The notes under the pieces: generated by a model
The model's input: the letters and a program-made list of their open reading frames with translations, nothing else
What the model was told of the DNA's origin: nothing
Database searches by the model: none
Translations under genes and position numbers: made by a program
Shown here: positions 18,384 to 27,544 of the stretch, piece after piece
Position numbering within the stretch: position 1 is the first letter of the stretch
Layout of the letters: every line of letters starts with the position of its first letter
From: Candidatus Nomurabacteria bacterium
Lineage (GTDB): Bacteria; Patescibacteriota; Minisyncoccia; Phycocordibacterales; UBA9973
Direction: 5' to 3'
DNA length: 64,000 nt
Assembly: GCA_026395915.1 (NCBI GenBank)
Contig: JAPLXU010000011.1
Span: 15,688 to 79,687, forward strand

Positions 18384-20087
18384 ATCGGGCGGAACGTTAT
18401 AATAATTCAGCAAAAATTTTGTAATATCCAAAAACGGATCGCTCCAAGTGGTCGCGGCATATTGCACACCTTTCGGATTTACAGCATAAAGAAAAACTAT
18501 AAATTTCGGGTCATAAGCTGGAAAGTAACCGACAAAGGAATGCGTATGCCTGTCTTCATAATATCCTCCGTTTGCGCTGTCCGCAACTTGCGCCGTGCCA
18601 GTTTTTACTGCCACACTAAAATGGTCCAGCTTTCCCAATCCTCCTTTAATTGCTTTATCCATGACGCCGACGAGCATTCGCGTTATTTCTTCGCTAGTTT
18701 GCTTTGTTATTTTTGTCCGTGTAACTGGGTAAGATATTTTTTTGGAAATGCCAGTATCATATTTTATTTCTTCTACAACATGTGGCACTACAAGATTCCC
18801 ACCGTTACCAAGTGAAGCCAGCGCTCGAATCATTTCGATTGGAGTTAAAGCTATACCCTGGCCGAAAGAAGCGTTGGCATATTCGATTTCTCGCGGACTA
18901 TTCAAATTGGAAACCAACCCGCTCGTTTCATTCGGCAAATCAATGCCGGTTTTATCTTTGATACCATAAGCGAGGAGATAATCTTTTAATCTTGCTTTGC
19001 CTAATTGCTGTTCAACAAAGACCATTCCAGTATTAAGAGACTGATTGAGAACATCCTGCATCGTCGTGCCCGGACCCCTGCCTTTCTTATCAAAATTGAA
19101 TATCTCTTTTTTTTCAATCACGACAGAACCTTTGTCATCATATGTAGTATTCGCCGTCACAACTCCAGCATCCAAAGCTCCCGCCATCACCAATGGCTTC
19201 ACGACCGATCCGAATTCAAAAACATTTTCAACTAGTGGATTTGAAAAAACAGAATTATTTTTTTCCTGAGCAAACGTATTCGGATTGAAGTCCGGCTTGG
19301 CGCTCATTGCGTAGATAGAGCCGTTTTGCGGATTCATGATTATGCCTCCGATCGAATCGACTTGATATTTGTTTTTTACTTCTTCTAATTTTTTTTCCAA
19401 AAAATTCTGCACTGTCGGCTCGATCGTGGTGATCACATCCCCTTCTAATACTTCATGCTTAAACAAAGTTTTATTTATATTTGAGAAAACTTCCGCAAAA
19501 AAATTAACATAAGGATCATTATTTCTCAAAAGCTCGGAATTATACTGTCTCTCAAGTCCATAACGTCCTGCAAGCTCGTCACCTTTGTATCCGACAAAGC
19601 CGACAAGGTGTGAAGCAAGAGTTCCTCCGGGATAAAAACGCCATTTTTCTTTAAAAATATTCAAGCCCGTAATTTTAAGAGCAGAGACAGCATCAGCCTG
19701 TACTTTTGTGAGACGATCCGCCACTTCTTCATAAGGGTCATTAGTTTTCGACGCCTTCGCGATAAAATCGTCGTGATTCAAAGTTATTATCTTTGACAAT
19801 TTTTTATAAATAGATTCTTTATCGACAATTTTGCCAGGATCTATCGCCATCTTGAATCCTGAAGCTTGAGTCGCGGCAGCAATGAACTGTCCATCTTTGC
19901 TTTGAAAGAAAATTGCTCCGCGCTCGTAGATGTTGCTACCCGGCGTGGAATATTGCCTGTCAGCAGACTCCGAATAAACGTCGTTTTGCATAACTTGTAC
20001 AAAAAAGATCTTGGCTATAAGGACAAAAGAGAAAGATAGGACAAAAAAAAGAACGACCCTAGATCTAAAAATGAAACTATATGTCAT
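18378..20087 (-). CDS. ftsI: Class B penicillin-binding protein (FtsI/PBP3-like)
   Basis: GSVVK (SxxK), SLN (SxN), KTGTAQ; dcw cluster context. Confidence 0.9.
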   Translation of the reverse strand: MTYSFIFRSRVVLFFVLSFSFVLIAKIFFVQVMQNDVYSESADRQYSTPGSNIYERGAIFFQSKDGQFIAAATQASGFKMAIDPGKIVDKESIYKKLSKIITLNHDDFIAKASKTNDPYEEVADRLTKVQADAVSALKITGLNIFKEKWRFYPGGTLASHLVGFVGYKGDELAGRYGLERQYNSELLRNNDPYVNFFAEVFSNINKTLFKHEVLEGDVITTIEPTVQNFLEKKLEEVKNKYQVDSIGGIIMNPQNGSIYAMSAKPDFNPNTFAQEKNNSVFSNPLVENVFEFGSVVKPLVMAGALDAGVVTANTTYDDKGSVVIEKKEIFNFDKKGRGPGTTMQDVLNQSLNTGMVFVEQQLGKARLKDYLLAYGIKDKTGIDLPNETSGLVSNLNSPREIEYANASFGQGIALTPIEMIRALASLGNGGNLVVPHVVEEIKYDTGISKKISYPVTRTKITKQTSEEITRMLVGVMDKAIKGGLGKLDHFSVAVKTGTAQVADSANGGYYEDRHTHSFVGYFPAYDPKFIVFLYAVNPKGVQYAATTWSDPFLDITKFLLNYYNVPPDR

Positions 20088-20454
20088 TTTGAACTATTTT
20101 TATGTTGCCAAAAGGCACGCTCGTAGAATTAAAGCCGAGTGCCTTGCGATTCGCAAAAGTTGCCTTCACTTCCTTAAATCCGAGAGAATTTGAAAGAGTG
20201 AGATCAACATTATTAGACAAAGACAAATATGTAACCTCTAAATTTTGAACCTCATTTGAAAGAGAACGAGCTTGTGTTTCGAGACCTTGACGTTGCACGA
20301 TATTCTTAACCATGTTTCCTAAAAATATAATATAAAAAAGTGCAAGTGCTCCAAAAGACCAAAGAATAAAGTTGAAAATAAACTTTTCGATGTTGTTGTT
20401 CACAACACTGACGCCCTTCACATACGTATTAAATTTTAAGGTCATTTGTTTCAT
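20077..20454 (-). CDS. FtsL-like cell division protein
   Basis: Single TM plus coiled coil, located between rsmH and ftsI. Confidence 0.65.
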   Translation of the reverse strand: MKQMTLKFNTYVKGVSVVNNNIEKFIFNFILWSFGALALFYIIFLGNMVKNIVQRQGLETQARSLSNEVQNLEVTYLSLSNNVDLTLSNSLGFKEVKATFANRKALGFNSTSVPFGNIKIVQNDI

Positions 20455-20465
20455 ATTTTTTCTCA

Positions 20466-20498
20466 CCGCCTTCGACGGGATCCCGCTATAAGCGGGAT
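20466..20498. repeat. Double-hairpin REP-like element containing the rsmH stop codon
   Basis: CCGCC-TTCG-ACGGG ATCCCGC-TATAA-GCGGGAT. Confidence 0.6.
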
Positions 20499-21385
20499 AA
20501 AATCCTCAACTTCGCGCTTCTCGATCTCGGATTATTTTTAATTTCTTCTGCTTTCGCTATGATCGGTTTTTTGTTTACTAATTTTGCTAAATTTTCTTCG
20601 GCTAATTTTTTATAAAATCTTTTCACTATTCTGTCTTCCAAACTATGGAAAGAAATTACCGACATCCTCCCGCCAACTTTTAACGATTCGAATCCTTTCT
20701 CGAGTCCCTCGGAAAGCGCTCCTAATTCATCGTTGACCGCTATCCTTATCGCTTGAAAAGTTTTTGTGGCAAAGTGTATTTTCCATTTTCGAAACTTTGC
20801 CGGAATTGCGTCCTCTATTATTTTTACCAAGTCGAAAGTGGTTTCAATCTTTTTCTCTTTCCTAAAATCCACTATCGCTTTGGCTATCCTGCGAGCTTGC
20901 TTTTCCTCGCCGTAACCGTAAATAATATCTGCTAAACTCTTCTCCTCCCAGGTGTTCACGACATCTAGCGCCGTGACATCTTCTGGAAGAGGATTTTCTT
21001 TCATAGTCATGGAGAGTGGTTCATCTCTCATGAAAGAAAATCCTCGTCCAGAATTCTCTAATTGATCCGAACTCAAACCTAAATCAAAAATAATTCCGTC
21101 AACTTTTCCGACACCTTCCTTTCCCAAAACCTTATCTATATTCCTGAAATTTTCATTTGCGAAAGAAATGTCGCAATCCAAATCCTTGAACTTCTCTTTT
21201 GCTTTTTCGAAAGCACCTTGGTCTTGATCGAGGGCAATAATTTTCACATCCGGAAATCTTTTGCAAATTTCTAGACTGTGTCCCCCTCCGCCAAATGTGC
21301 AATCAATCACCAAAGATTTTGGTTTTAAATCGAGACCCTCTATTGTTTCTTGTAAAAGAACTGTCTTGTGTGCGCTTGTCATCAT
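20486..21385 (-). CDS. rsmH: 16S rRNA m4C1402 methyltransferase
   Basis: DCTFGGGGHS, DLGLSS, FQAIRIAVNDEL, NPRSRSAKLR. Confidence 0.97.
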   Translation of the reverse strand: MMTSAHKTVLLQETIEGLDLKPKSLVIDCTFGGGGHSLEICKRFPDVKIIALDQDQGAFEKAKEKFKDLDCDISFANENFRNIDKVLGKEGVGKVDGIIFDLGLSSDQLENSGRGFSFMRDEPLSMTMKENPLPEDVTALDVVNTWEEKSLADIIYGYGEEKQARRIAKAIVDFRKEKKIETTFDLVKIIEDAIPAKFRKWKIHFATKTFQAIRIAVNDELGALSEGLEKGFESLKVGGRMSVISFHSLEDRIVKRFYKKLAEENLAKLVNKKPIIAKAEEIKNNPRSRSAKLRILSRL

Positions 21386-21397
21386 ATTTTGGAAATT

Positions 21398-21853
21398 CTA
21401 TGTTTTCAAAGAATTTCCCTCGCTTCCAAGCTTCTCCGCCAATTGTTCAGCCTGCTTTTCCACGATTGCCTTTTGCTCCGACCATGCGCTTTCGCTCCAA
21501 ACTTCCACTCTGTCTTTGACTCCGACAATCACCGCTGAATTTTTCAAACCGATTCTTTCTTTCAAAAAATCCGGAACGAGTATTCTCCCGATCGAATCTA
21601 TTTCCACTTCCGCCGCTCGCCCAAACATATATCTATTGAAACTTCTCTGATCTGCTTTTAAAAATGACAACTCGGAATCCGAATCAGAAAGTTTTTTGGA
21701 AACTTTTTCCCATTCTTTGTTTGTAAAAATGAACAAGCACTGTCCGAGTCCGGGAGTAATAATAATTTTCTTGCCGAGTTCTTTGCGAAACTTTGCCGGC
21801 ATTGAAACTCGATTCTTTTCATCTATTGTGTGTATGTATTCGCCGATGAGCAT
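21398..21853 (-). CDS. mraZ: Transcriptional regulator MraZ
   Basis: MLIGEYIHTIDEKNRVSMP and DSIGRILVP. Start moved to 21853. Confidence 0.95.
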   Translation of the reverse strand: MLIGEYIHTIDEKNRVSMPAKFRKELGKKIIITPGLGQCLFIFTNKEWEKVSKKLSDSDSELSFLKADQRSFNRYMFGRAAEVEIDSIGRILVPDFLKERIGLKNSAVIVGVKDRVEVWSESAWSEQKAIVEKQAEQLAEKLGSEGNSLKT

Positions 21854-21865
21854 AAAATTATTTTT

Positions 21866-21883
21866 TCCCACTTTTTCCCACTT
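21866..21883 (-). promoter_or_regulatory. MraZ-type autoregulatory direct repeats
   Basis: Minus strand AAGTGGGAAAAAGTGGGA: GTGGG repeated with a 10-bp period just upstream of mraZ. Confidence 0.7.
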
Positions 21884-21999
21884 GATACATATATTGTATT
21901 CCATATAAAAAATAACACCAAGCCCAAACTGTGGATAACTTTTTGACTTTCATTTTTTATTTTTATAAACTTAAATTTGTTAGTGCCAACAGAACCCTA

Positions 22000-22062
22000 G
22001 CTCCCCTTCACCTAGCAACCCAAAACGGCACATTGTTGTGCGCGCGAGGGGTGGAGGGGAGC
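22000..22062. other. GC-rich intergenic stem-loop, candidate ncRNA
   Basis: GCTCCCCTTCACC/GGTGGAGGGGAGC stem enclosing GCACA-TTGT-TGTGC. Confidence 0.45.
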
Positions 22063-22147
22063 GAGTTTGTTCCAAAATCGGCGCCTAAAAACGCCAAAAA
22101 GACGCCTCGGGACCTATGGTTACTGAGGCATCACTATTTATGGGAGG

Positions 22148-23635
22148 TTATTTTATTGGTTTCATTAACGGAAAAAGTTGTGTCTCGCGAATTGGTTTAT
22201 CCATAAGGAAACTAAAGAGTCTTTCAGAAACACCAAAACCAAAGGCTGGAGGCATAGCGTATTCAAGAGCTTCAACGAATTCCATATCCGCCATTTGGGC
22301 TTCATCATCTCCAGCATCACGAAGCTGTTGTTGGTCAATAAATCTTGCACGTTGATCAACTGGATCATTTAACTCACTAAAACCTTTGCCTACTTCACTT
22401 CCAGCAAGCATAACTTGAAATCTTTCTACTGTCTTTGGATTATTTCTATTTATTTTTGCAAGTGGTTCTAAATACACTGGAACATTTATTAAAAATCCTG
22501 GACCACCTATTTCTTTTCTTATAACTTTCCAGAGACTATCAACAGTCCGTGCGAGATTGGCTTTAGATTCAAATTCTATGCCAGCCTTTTTACATATTTC
22601 TTCTAAATCTTTCTTTGTAGCTTTCTTTCCTGTCTTTGAATAGACTTCAGTAATAGGATCCAATCCAAACTTCTCTTGAACCATTTTACAGAAATCATAT
22701 GTTTTCCATTCGTCATTCAAATCAACATCAAAATCTTTTATTTTAAATTTTGTAGTGCTAAAAACTTTCTTAGCAATTAATCTGTAAAGCTCTTTTGTCA
22801 TTTCCATTCCTTCATTATAATCTGCATAAGCCATGTAGTACTCAACTTGAGTATAATCTTGTGAGTGCTCAGGCGAAATACCCTCATTTCTAAAAATACG
22901 CCCAATCTCAAATGTGCGAGGAAAGCCCGCAACCAAAAGTTTCTTTTGCCACAATTCCCCAGCGGAAATTCTCATATAGACATCAATATCAAGAGCATTA
23001 TGATGTGTCTTAAATGGACGCGCGTCAGCGCCTCCAGTAGTATTTTCGATAGCCGGAGTTTCTACTTCAAGAAAATTTTTAGAAATTAAATATTCACGAA
23101 TAGTATTCCAAAACTTTGCCTTCTTTTTAAAAAGTTCTTTTAACTCTGGATTCATTAAAATATCCAGATACCTCTTTCGAAATCTTTCTTCAACGTCTTG
23201 CAAGCCGTGCCACTTTTCCGGTAGTGGTCTCAAACTCTTAGAAAGCATGCGCCAATCTTTCACTTCGAGCGTTTTCTCCCCTCTCTTGGTCGTAAAAAAA
23301 GTTCCATCAATTTCTATGAAGTCTCCAATGTCTGCAACTTCTCCGAAAAAATTGAATTTGTCATCACCCAAAACATCTTTTTTGAGCAGACCTTGAAAAG
23401 CTCCTGTGCCGTCATTTAAAGTTATAAAAACAATAGCGCCTTGCCCGCGGATAGACATAACCCTACCCGCAATCCACTTCGTTTCTTTGCTTTTTTCAAA
23501 TTTATCAAAATTTTCTACCGCTTCCTTCAAAGAAATTTCTCTTTTGGAATCTGCTGGATACGAATCCATGCCCTTGTTTTTCAAGAGCTCGAGCTTTTTT
23601 ATTCTGGCTTCCCTGATTTCGTCAATTGAGGACAT
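22148..23635 (-). CDS. lysS: Lysine--tRNA ligase (class II)
   Basis: LPEKWHGL, RFRKRYLD, FRNEG, YAMPPAFGFG. Confidence 0.97.
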   Translation of the reverse strand: MSSIDEIREARIKKLELLKNKGMDSYPADSKREISLKEAVENFDKFEKSKETKWIAGRVMSIRGQGAIVFITLNDGTGAFQGLLKKDVLGDDKFNFFGEVADIGDFIEIDGTFFTTKRGEKTLEVKDWRMLSKSLRPLPEKWHGLQDVEERFRKRYLDILMNPELKELFKKKAKFWNTIREYLISKNFLEVETPAIENTTGGADARPFKTHHNALDIDVYMRISAGELWQKKLLVAGFPRTFEIGRIFRNEGISPEHSQDYTQVEYYMAYADYNEGMEMTKELYRLIAKKVFSTTKFKIKDFDVDLNDEWKTYDFCKMVQEKFGLDPITEVYSKTGKKATKKDLEEICKKAGIEFESKANLARTVDSLWKVIRKEIGGPGFLINVPVYLEPLAKINRNNPKTVERFQVMLAGSEVGKGFSELNDPVDQRARFIDQQQLRDAGDDEAQMADMEFVEALEYAMPPAFGFGVSERLFSFLMDKPIRETQLFPLMKPIK

Positions 23636-23640
23636 TTTTT

Positions 23641-23670
23641 TCCGCTAAAGGCGGATCCGCGCAAGGCGGA
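23641..23670. repeat. Tandem TCCGC-N5-GCGGA hairpins (REP-like) between greA and lysS
   Basis: TCCGCTAAAGGCGGA TCCGCGCAAGGCGGA. Confidence 0.75.
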
Positions 23671-23674
23671 AATT

Positions 23675-24142
23675 TTACGAAACACTAATAATTTTGTAAT
23701 TTGTTGCTCCGTTTGGAGTTTTAAAAGAAACACTTTCGCCTTTCTTTTTACCAAGAAGCGCTTCGCCGAAAGGAGACCTGTTTGATATTTTTCCTTGCAA
23801 CATATCCGCTTCCTCGGATCCGACAATGTGATATGTCTTTTCTTCCCTCGCGTCTTCTTTTTTCACAACCACACTGGAGCCGATTTCAACTATATCCCCC
23901 TTTTTGTGAGAAACCGTTTCCGAAGATTGCAAAACTTGCTCTATCTTTGTGATGCGTTCTTCGAGTTTACCTTGCTCTTCGCGAGTTTGGTGATATTCCG
24001 CATTTTCAGACAAGTCGCCAAGCGATTTTGCATACTCCAAAGAAGCTAAAATTTCTTGTCTTTTTGGTCCCTTCAAATCTGCCAACTCGGTTAAGAGTTC
24101 TTTTCTTTTTTCTTCGGTTATGTAGTCAGTTGTCTTTTGCAT
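23675..24142 (-). CDS. greA: Transcription elongation factor GreA
   Basis: GDLSENAEY, IS..SPFG.ALLG. Confidence 0.97.
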   Translation of the reverse strand: MQKTTDYITEEKRKELLTELADLKGPKRQEILASLEYAKSLGDLSENAEYHQTREEQGKLEERITKIEQVLQSSETVSHKKGDIVEIGSSVVVKKEDAREEKTYHIVGSEEADMLQGKISNRSPFGEALLGKKKGESVSFKTPNGATNYKIISVS

Positions 24143-24228
24143 TTAACTAATTTATCTCTTTTTTACAAAAAAGTCAATTCTATTTCGAGAAATTTGCAAA
24201 AAATCGTTTATATGGTAATCTGTCTTAT

Positions 24229-24462
24229 ATGGCAAAAACAGTAATAGAGGTTAATAAGAATCCAAACGAAAATAATTCGAGCATTTTGCGTCGCTTTTCT
24301 CGCAGGATTCAGGAGTCTGGAATAGTCCGCAAGGTCAAAGGCGCTCGTTACAATGTCCGAAAAGAATCCAAATTGAAAATAAAAAAGAGCGCGCTCAAAA
24401 GAATGGCTCGCAGAAAAGAAATAGAATACTTGAAGAAACTTGGCAAGATGGTGACGAAGTAA
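24229..24462 (+). CDS. rpsU: 30S ribosomal protein S21-like
   Basis: Basic 77-aa protein with EN..SILRRFSR.IQESG pattern. Confidence 0.75.
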   Translation: MAKTVIEVNKNPNENNSSILRRFSRRIQESGIVRKVKGARYNVRKESKLKIKKSALKRMARRKEIEYLKKLGKMVTK

Positions 24463-24465
24463 ACT

Positions 24466-24918
24466 ATGCAAGAGAACTTTTCTCTAATAAACAAAACTAG
24501 AAGCAAGCTTCCCCGCTTGCCTTTTCTCGACATTAAAGATGATATTTTGGGTAAAAAATATTTCCTGTCACTTGCCTTTGTCGATAAAAAAAAATCAAAA
24601 GAAATAAACAAGACTTATCGAAATAAAGACAAACCCACAAATATACTATCCTTTTCTTTGCGTAAAAATGAAGGCGAGATCGTTTTGTGTCCGGCTGTTA
24701 TAAAGCGCGAAGCAAAAAATTTTGGGAAAACTTTTGAGCAATTTTTGGGCTTTTTAGTTATCCACGGAATGCTTCATTTGAAAGGTTTCGAACATAGTAG
24801 TACAATGGAGGTAGCAGAAAATAAATATGATCAGAAATATCTCAGTGGGAATAGACTTAGGCTCAGGGATGACGAGGGTCATCGTGGGAGAGTTTTTCAA
24901 AGGAGAAAAAAATCCTAA
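24466..24918 (+). CDS. ybeY: rRNA maturation RNase YbeY
   Basis: RNKDKPTNILSF and HGMLHLKGFEH. Tail overlaps ftsA by 92 nt. Confidence 0.93.
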   Translation: MQENFSLINKTRSKLPRLPFLDIKDDILGKKYFLSLAFVDKKKSKEINKTYRNKDKPTNILSFSLRKNEGEIVLCPAVIKREAKNFGKTFEQFLGFLVIHGMLHLKGFEHSSTMEVAENKYDQKYLSGNRLRLRDDEGHRGRVFQRRKKS

Positions 24919-25990
24919 AATTATTGGCGTGGGTGAAAGTGAGACGCTCGGCATGCAACATGGATACGTTGTTGATCCTGTTGAAACAACTGTTTCCGTA
25001 AAAAATGCTATAAGCATGGCAGAAAAATCTTCGGGAGTAAAAATAAAACGCGCGTTCGTTTCAGTTGGTGGCATAAGTCTCCGCGGAGAGACGAGTTCCG
25101 GTTCAGCAATCATCTCCAAAGCTGATGGCGAAGTAACAAGTTTGGATATAAATAAAGCTCTGCAGGATTGCGAGGATAATTTGAATTTAAATAACAAAAA
25201 AATCATTCAGACATTCCATATTTCTTCCCGTTTGGATGGAAAAGAAGTGCGGGGTCGTCTCGAAGGCATGCGCGGAACTAAGCTTGAAATAAAAGCCTTT
25301 TTTCTTACTTATTCCATTCAGCACTTAGAAGATCTGATAGAAGTTATCGCCAAAGCGGAAGTGGAAACTATAGACGTCATAGCTTCCCCTATCGTCCTTG
25401 GCCAGATCGCCTTATCTGAAAGACAAAAAATAGTCGGCGTGGCGCTCGTCAACATAGGACAAGAAACGACATCACTTTCTGTCTTTGAAAACGGATTGCC
25501 GATTTTAGTTCACACTTTTTCCATCGGCGGGGCAGATATCACAAACGACATCGCGCTTGGATTCAAGATTCCACTCAATGTGGCAGCACGTTTCAAACAA
25601 GATGGAGTTGAAGAAAACTTTTCTAAAAAGAAATTAGATGAAATCATCGAGGCGCGACTCTCAGATATTTTTGAATTGATAGAAAATCATTTAAAAAAAA
25701 TAAAACGAAACGGACTCTTGCCGGCGGGCATTGTGTTCACAGGCGGAGGAGCAAATGTCGGAGGATTACTCGAACTTTCAAAATCAGTTCTCAAACTCCC
25801 AGCGGGCTATGGATCAACAGAAATTTTTGGCAATTCAAAAACAAAACTTCGTGACTCGGCGTGGTTCACTTCACTCGGATTGGTGGTTTCTGGCAGAGAC
25901 AATGACAGCTATTCCGGAAATTCATTAAAAAATCTTTTTAAAGATCTAAAAAATACAGTAAAATCAAGCATAAAACAGCTGATGCCATAA
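24827..25990 (+). CDS. ftsA: Cell division protein FtsA
   Basis: GIDLGS, GGADITNDI, IIEARLSDIFE, VFTGGGA. Confidence 0.92.
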   Translation: MIRNISVGIDLGSGMTRVIVGEFFKGEKNPKIIGVGESETLGMQHGYVVDPVETTVSVKNAISMAEKSSGVKIKRAFVSVGGISLRGETSSGSAIISKADGEVTSLDINKALQDCEDNLNLNNKKIIQTFHISSRLDGKEVRGRLEGMRGTKLEIKAFFLTYSIQHLEDLIEVIAKAEVETIDVIASPIVLGQIALSERQKIVGVALVNIGQETTSLSVFENGLPILVHTFSIGGADITNDIALGFKIPLNVAARFKQDGVEENFSKKKLDEIIEARLSDIFELIENHLKKIKRNGLLPAGIVFTGGGANVGGLLELSKSVLKLPAGYGSTEIFGNSKTKLRDSAWFTSLGLVVSGRDNDSYSGNSLKNLFKDLKNTVKSSIKQLMP

Positions 25991-25992
25991 GC

Positions 25993-26017
25993 CACTTGGA
26001 GGCTTTGCCTCCAAGTG
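25993..26017. repeat. REP palindrome upstream of the RAYT
   Basis: CACTTGGAGGC-TTT-GCCTCCAAGTG. Confidence 0.9.
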
Positions 26018-26030
26018 CTATACTTGAGTT

Positions 26031-26678
26031 ATGTCATTAAGAAAAACCAATTTTGTAGAAGGTGAATATTATCATATCTACAATAGAGGCGTTGATAAGC
26101 GAGAAATTTTTTCCGATAAATTTGACTTAGAAAGATTCTTACAAAGTATGGAAAGTTTCAATACTAAGGATCCTATCGGGAGTTTATATGAAAATAGTTT
26201 TATAAAAAAGAAAGCACTTGGAGGCAAAGCCTCCAAATTGGTTAATTTTGTGGCTTATTGTTTGAACCCTAATCATTATCATTTTATTATTACTCCCCTC
26301 GTAGAAAAAGGAATCGAAAAATTCATGCAACGACTTGGAACAGGCTATACCATGTACTTCAATGAGAAAAATAAAAGATCTGGTTCGCTTTTTCAAGGGA
26401 AATTTAAAAGTAAACACTTAAATTCAAATGAATATTTACTTCAAGCAAGCTCCTATGTAAATTTAAACAACTATGATAAAAATGGGGTAATCAAAAAATC
26501 TTTAAACTCGTCAAGTTGGATTGAATATACTCAACCAACTAATAATGTTGAGTTTTGTGAAAAATCGATAGTGCTTGGTCAATTTGAATCCAAAAAAGAA
26601 TATGAAAAATTCGCACTGGAAACTTGGAGAAATACATGCGAAAGAAAAGAAGAAATAGAAAATCTTGAATTTATTTAA
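26031..26678 (+). mobile_element. REP-associated tyrosine transposase (RAYT, Y1/HUH)
   Basis: YYHIYNRG, AYCLNPNHYH (HUH), GSLFQGKFKS, YVNLN (catalytic Tyr region). Confidence 0.9.
26215..26239. repeat. REP copy inside the RAYT coding sequence
   Basis: CACTTGGAGGC-AAA-GCCTCCAAATT; encodes ALGGKASKL. Confidence 0.85.
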
Positions 26679-26706
26679 CTTAGATGTCCTACCTTTTAAT
26701 CTTCAA

Positions 26707-27402
26707 CTAGCTATTTACAGACCGAAGCTGTGAATATCTGTAAGGTATTGTAAATAATACGATAACAACGGCAAAAATAACACTATTCATACTCAATAAG
26801 CCAAAGTAATTCATAATCAAAGAGATTGCTATAATAAGAACAGTCAGCAATGTTTCTGCTTTGATTCTTTTTTCAACTGCCTGCTTACGTAACACTGGAT
26901 CATTAATAAACTGAAAAGGATATTTGACAAACTCATTGGCAGAAATATTTTTTACACCTGAAAAATAAAATAAGGTACTCAATAACATAAATAATCCTCC
27001 ATAAAAAAGAATGGGAACTATTATCGAAATTGCATTATCAGAAAAAATTTCATATTTACTTAGTGGAAAAAATATTAAAGGAGAAATAAGTATAAAAAAT
27101 GATGTCCAAATTAGATTTCTATACTTTTCTACTTTCTTTTTAAAATTTTCATCATAAATAATTTCTTGTGACATAGATGATTCACTATCAGACCAAATTC
27201 TTCTTGAAAGATAAACTGAAAAAATATTCCAAAAAATAATTATCAGCAACAAAATTATGATAGAAGTTGTTTGTCCAAAATTAATAAATCCTTTAAGAAA
27301 TACAGACAAAATGGCACCCGCAAAGAAACTTAAGAAAACATTAATAATTATAAAAGATACTCGATACGGTCGTTTTGAATTAGTTAAATTTATGTTTTTC
27401 AT
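26707..27402 (-). CDS. Very AT-rich multi-TM membrane protein (cargo between REPs)
   Basis: About 6 hydrophobic segments; start MKNINL. Confidence 0.65.
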   Translation of the reverse strand: MKNINLTNSKRPYRVSFIIINVFLSFFAGAILSVFLKGFINFGQTTSIIILLLIIIFWNIFSVYLSRRIWSDSESSMSQEIIYDENFKKKVEKYRNLIWTSFFILISPLIFFPLSKYEIFSDNAISIIVPILFYGGLFMLLSTLFYFSGVKNISANEFVKYPFQFINDPVLRKQAVEKRIKAETLLTVLIIAISLIMNYFGLLSMNSVIFAVVIVLFTIPYRYSQLRSVNS

Positions 27403-27440
27403 GTTTGAATTATAGTTTAATAAAAATAAAAACTCAACAC

Positions 27441-27465
27441 TACTTGGAGGTCTTGCCTCCAAGTG
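27441..27465. repeat. REP copy upstream of ftsZ
   Basis: TACTTGGAGG-TCTTG-CCTCCAAGTG. Confidence 0.85.
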
Positions 27466-27544
27466 GGCTTGTTTTTGGAGTTGCTTTTTTTTGCTTGAGT
27501 GATAGTATGCCTTTATACAAGTTAATTATTAATAACTATATTTT

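Noticed and set aside
13915-21938. DnaA boxes (TTATCCACA at 13915, TGTGGATAA at 21930) as oriC
   Set aside because: Isolated single boxes; no cluster and no dnaA/dnaN context.
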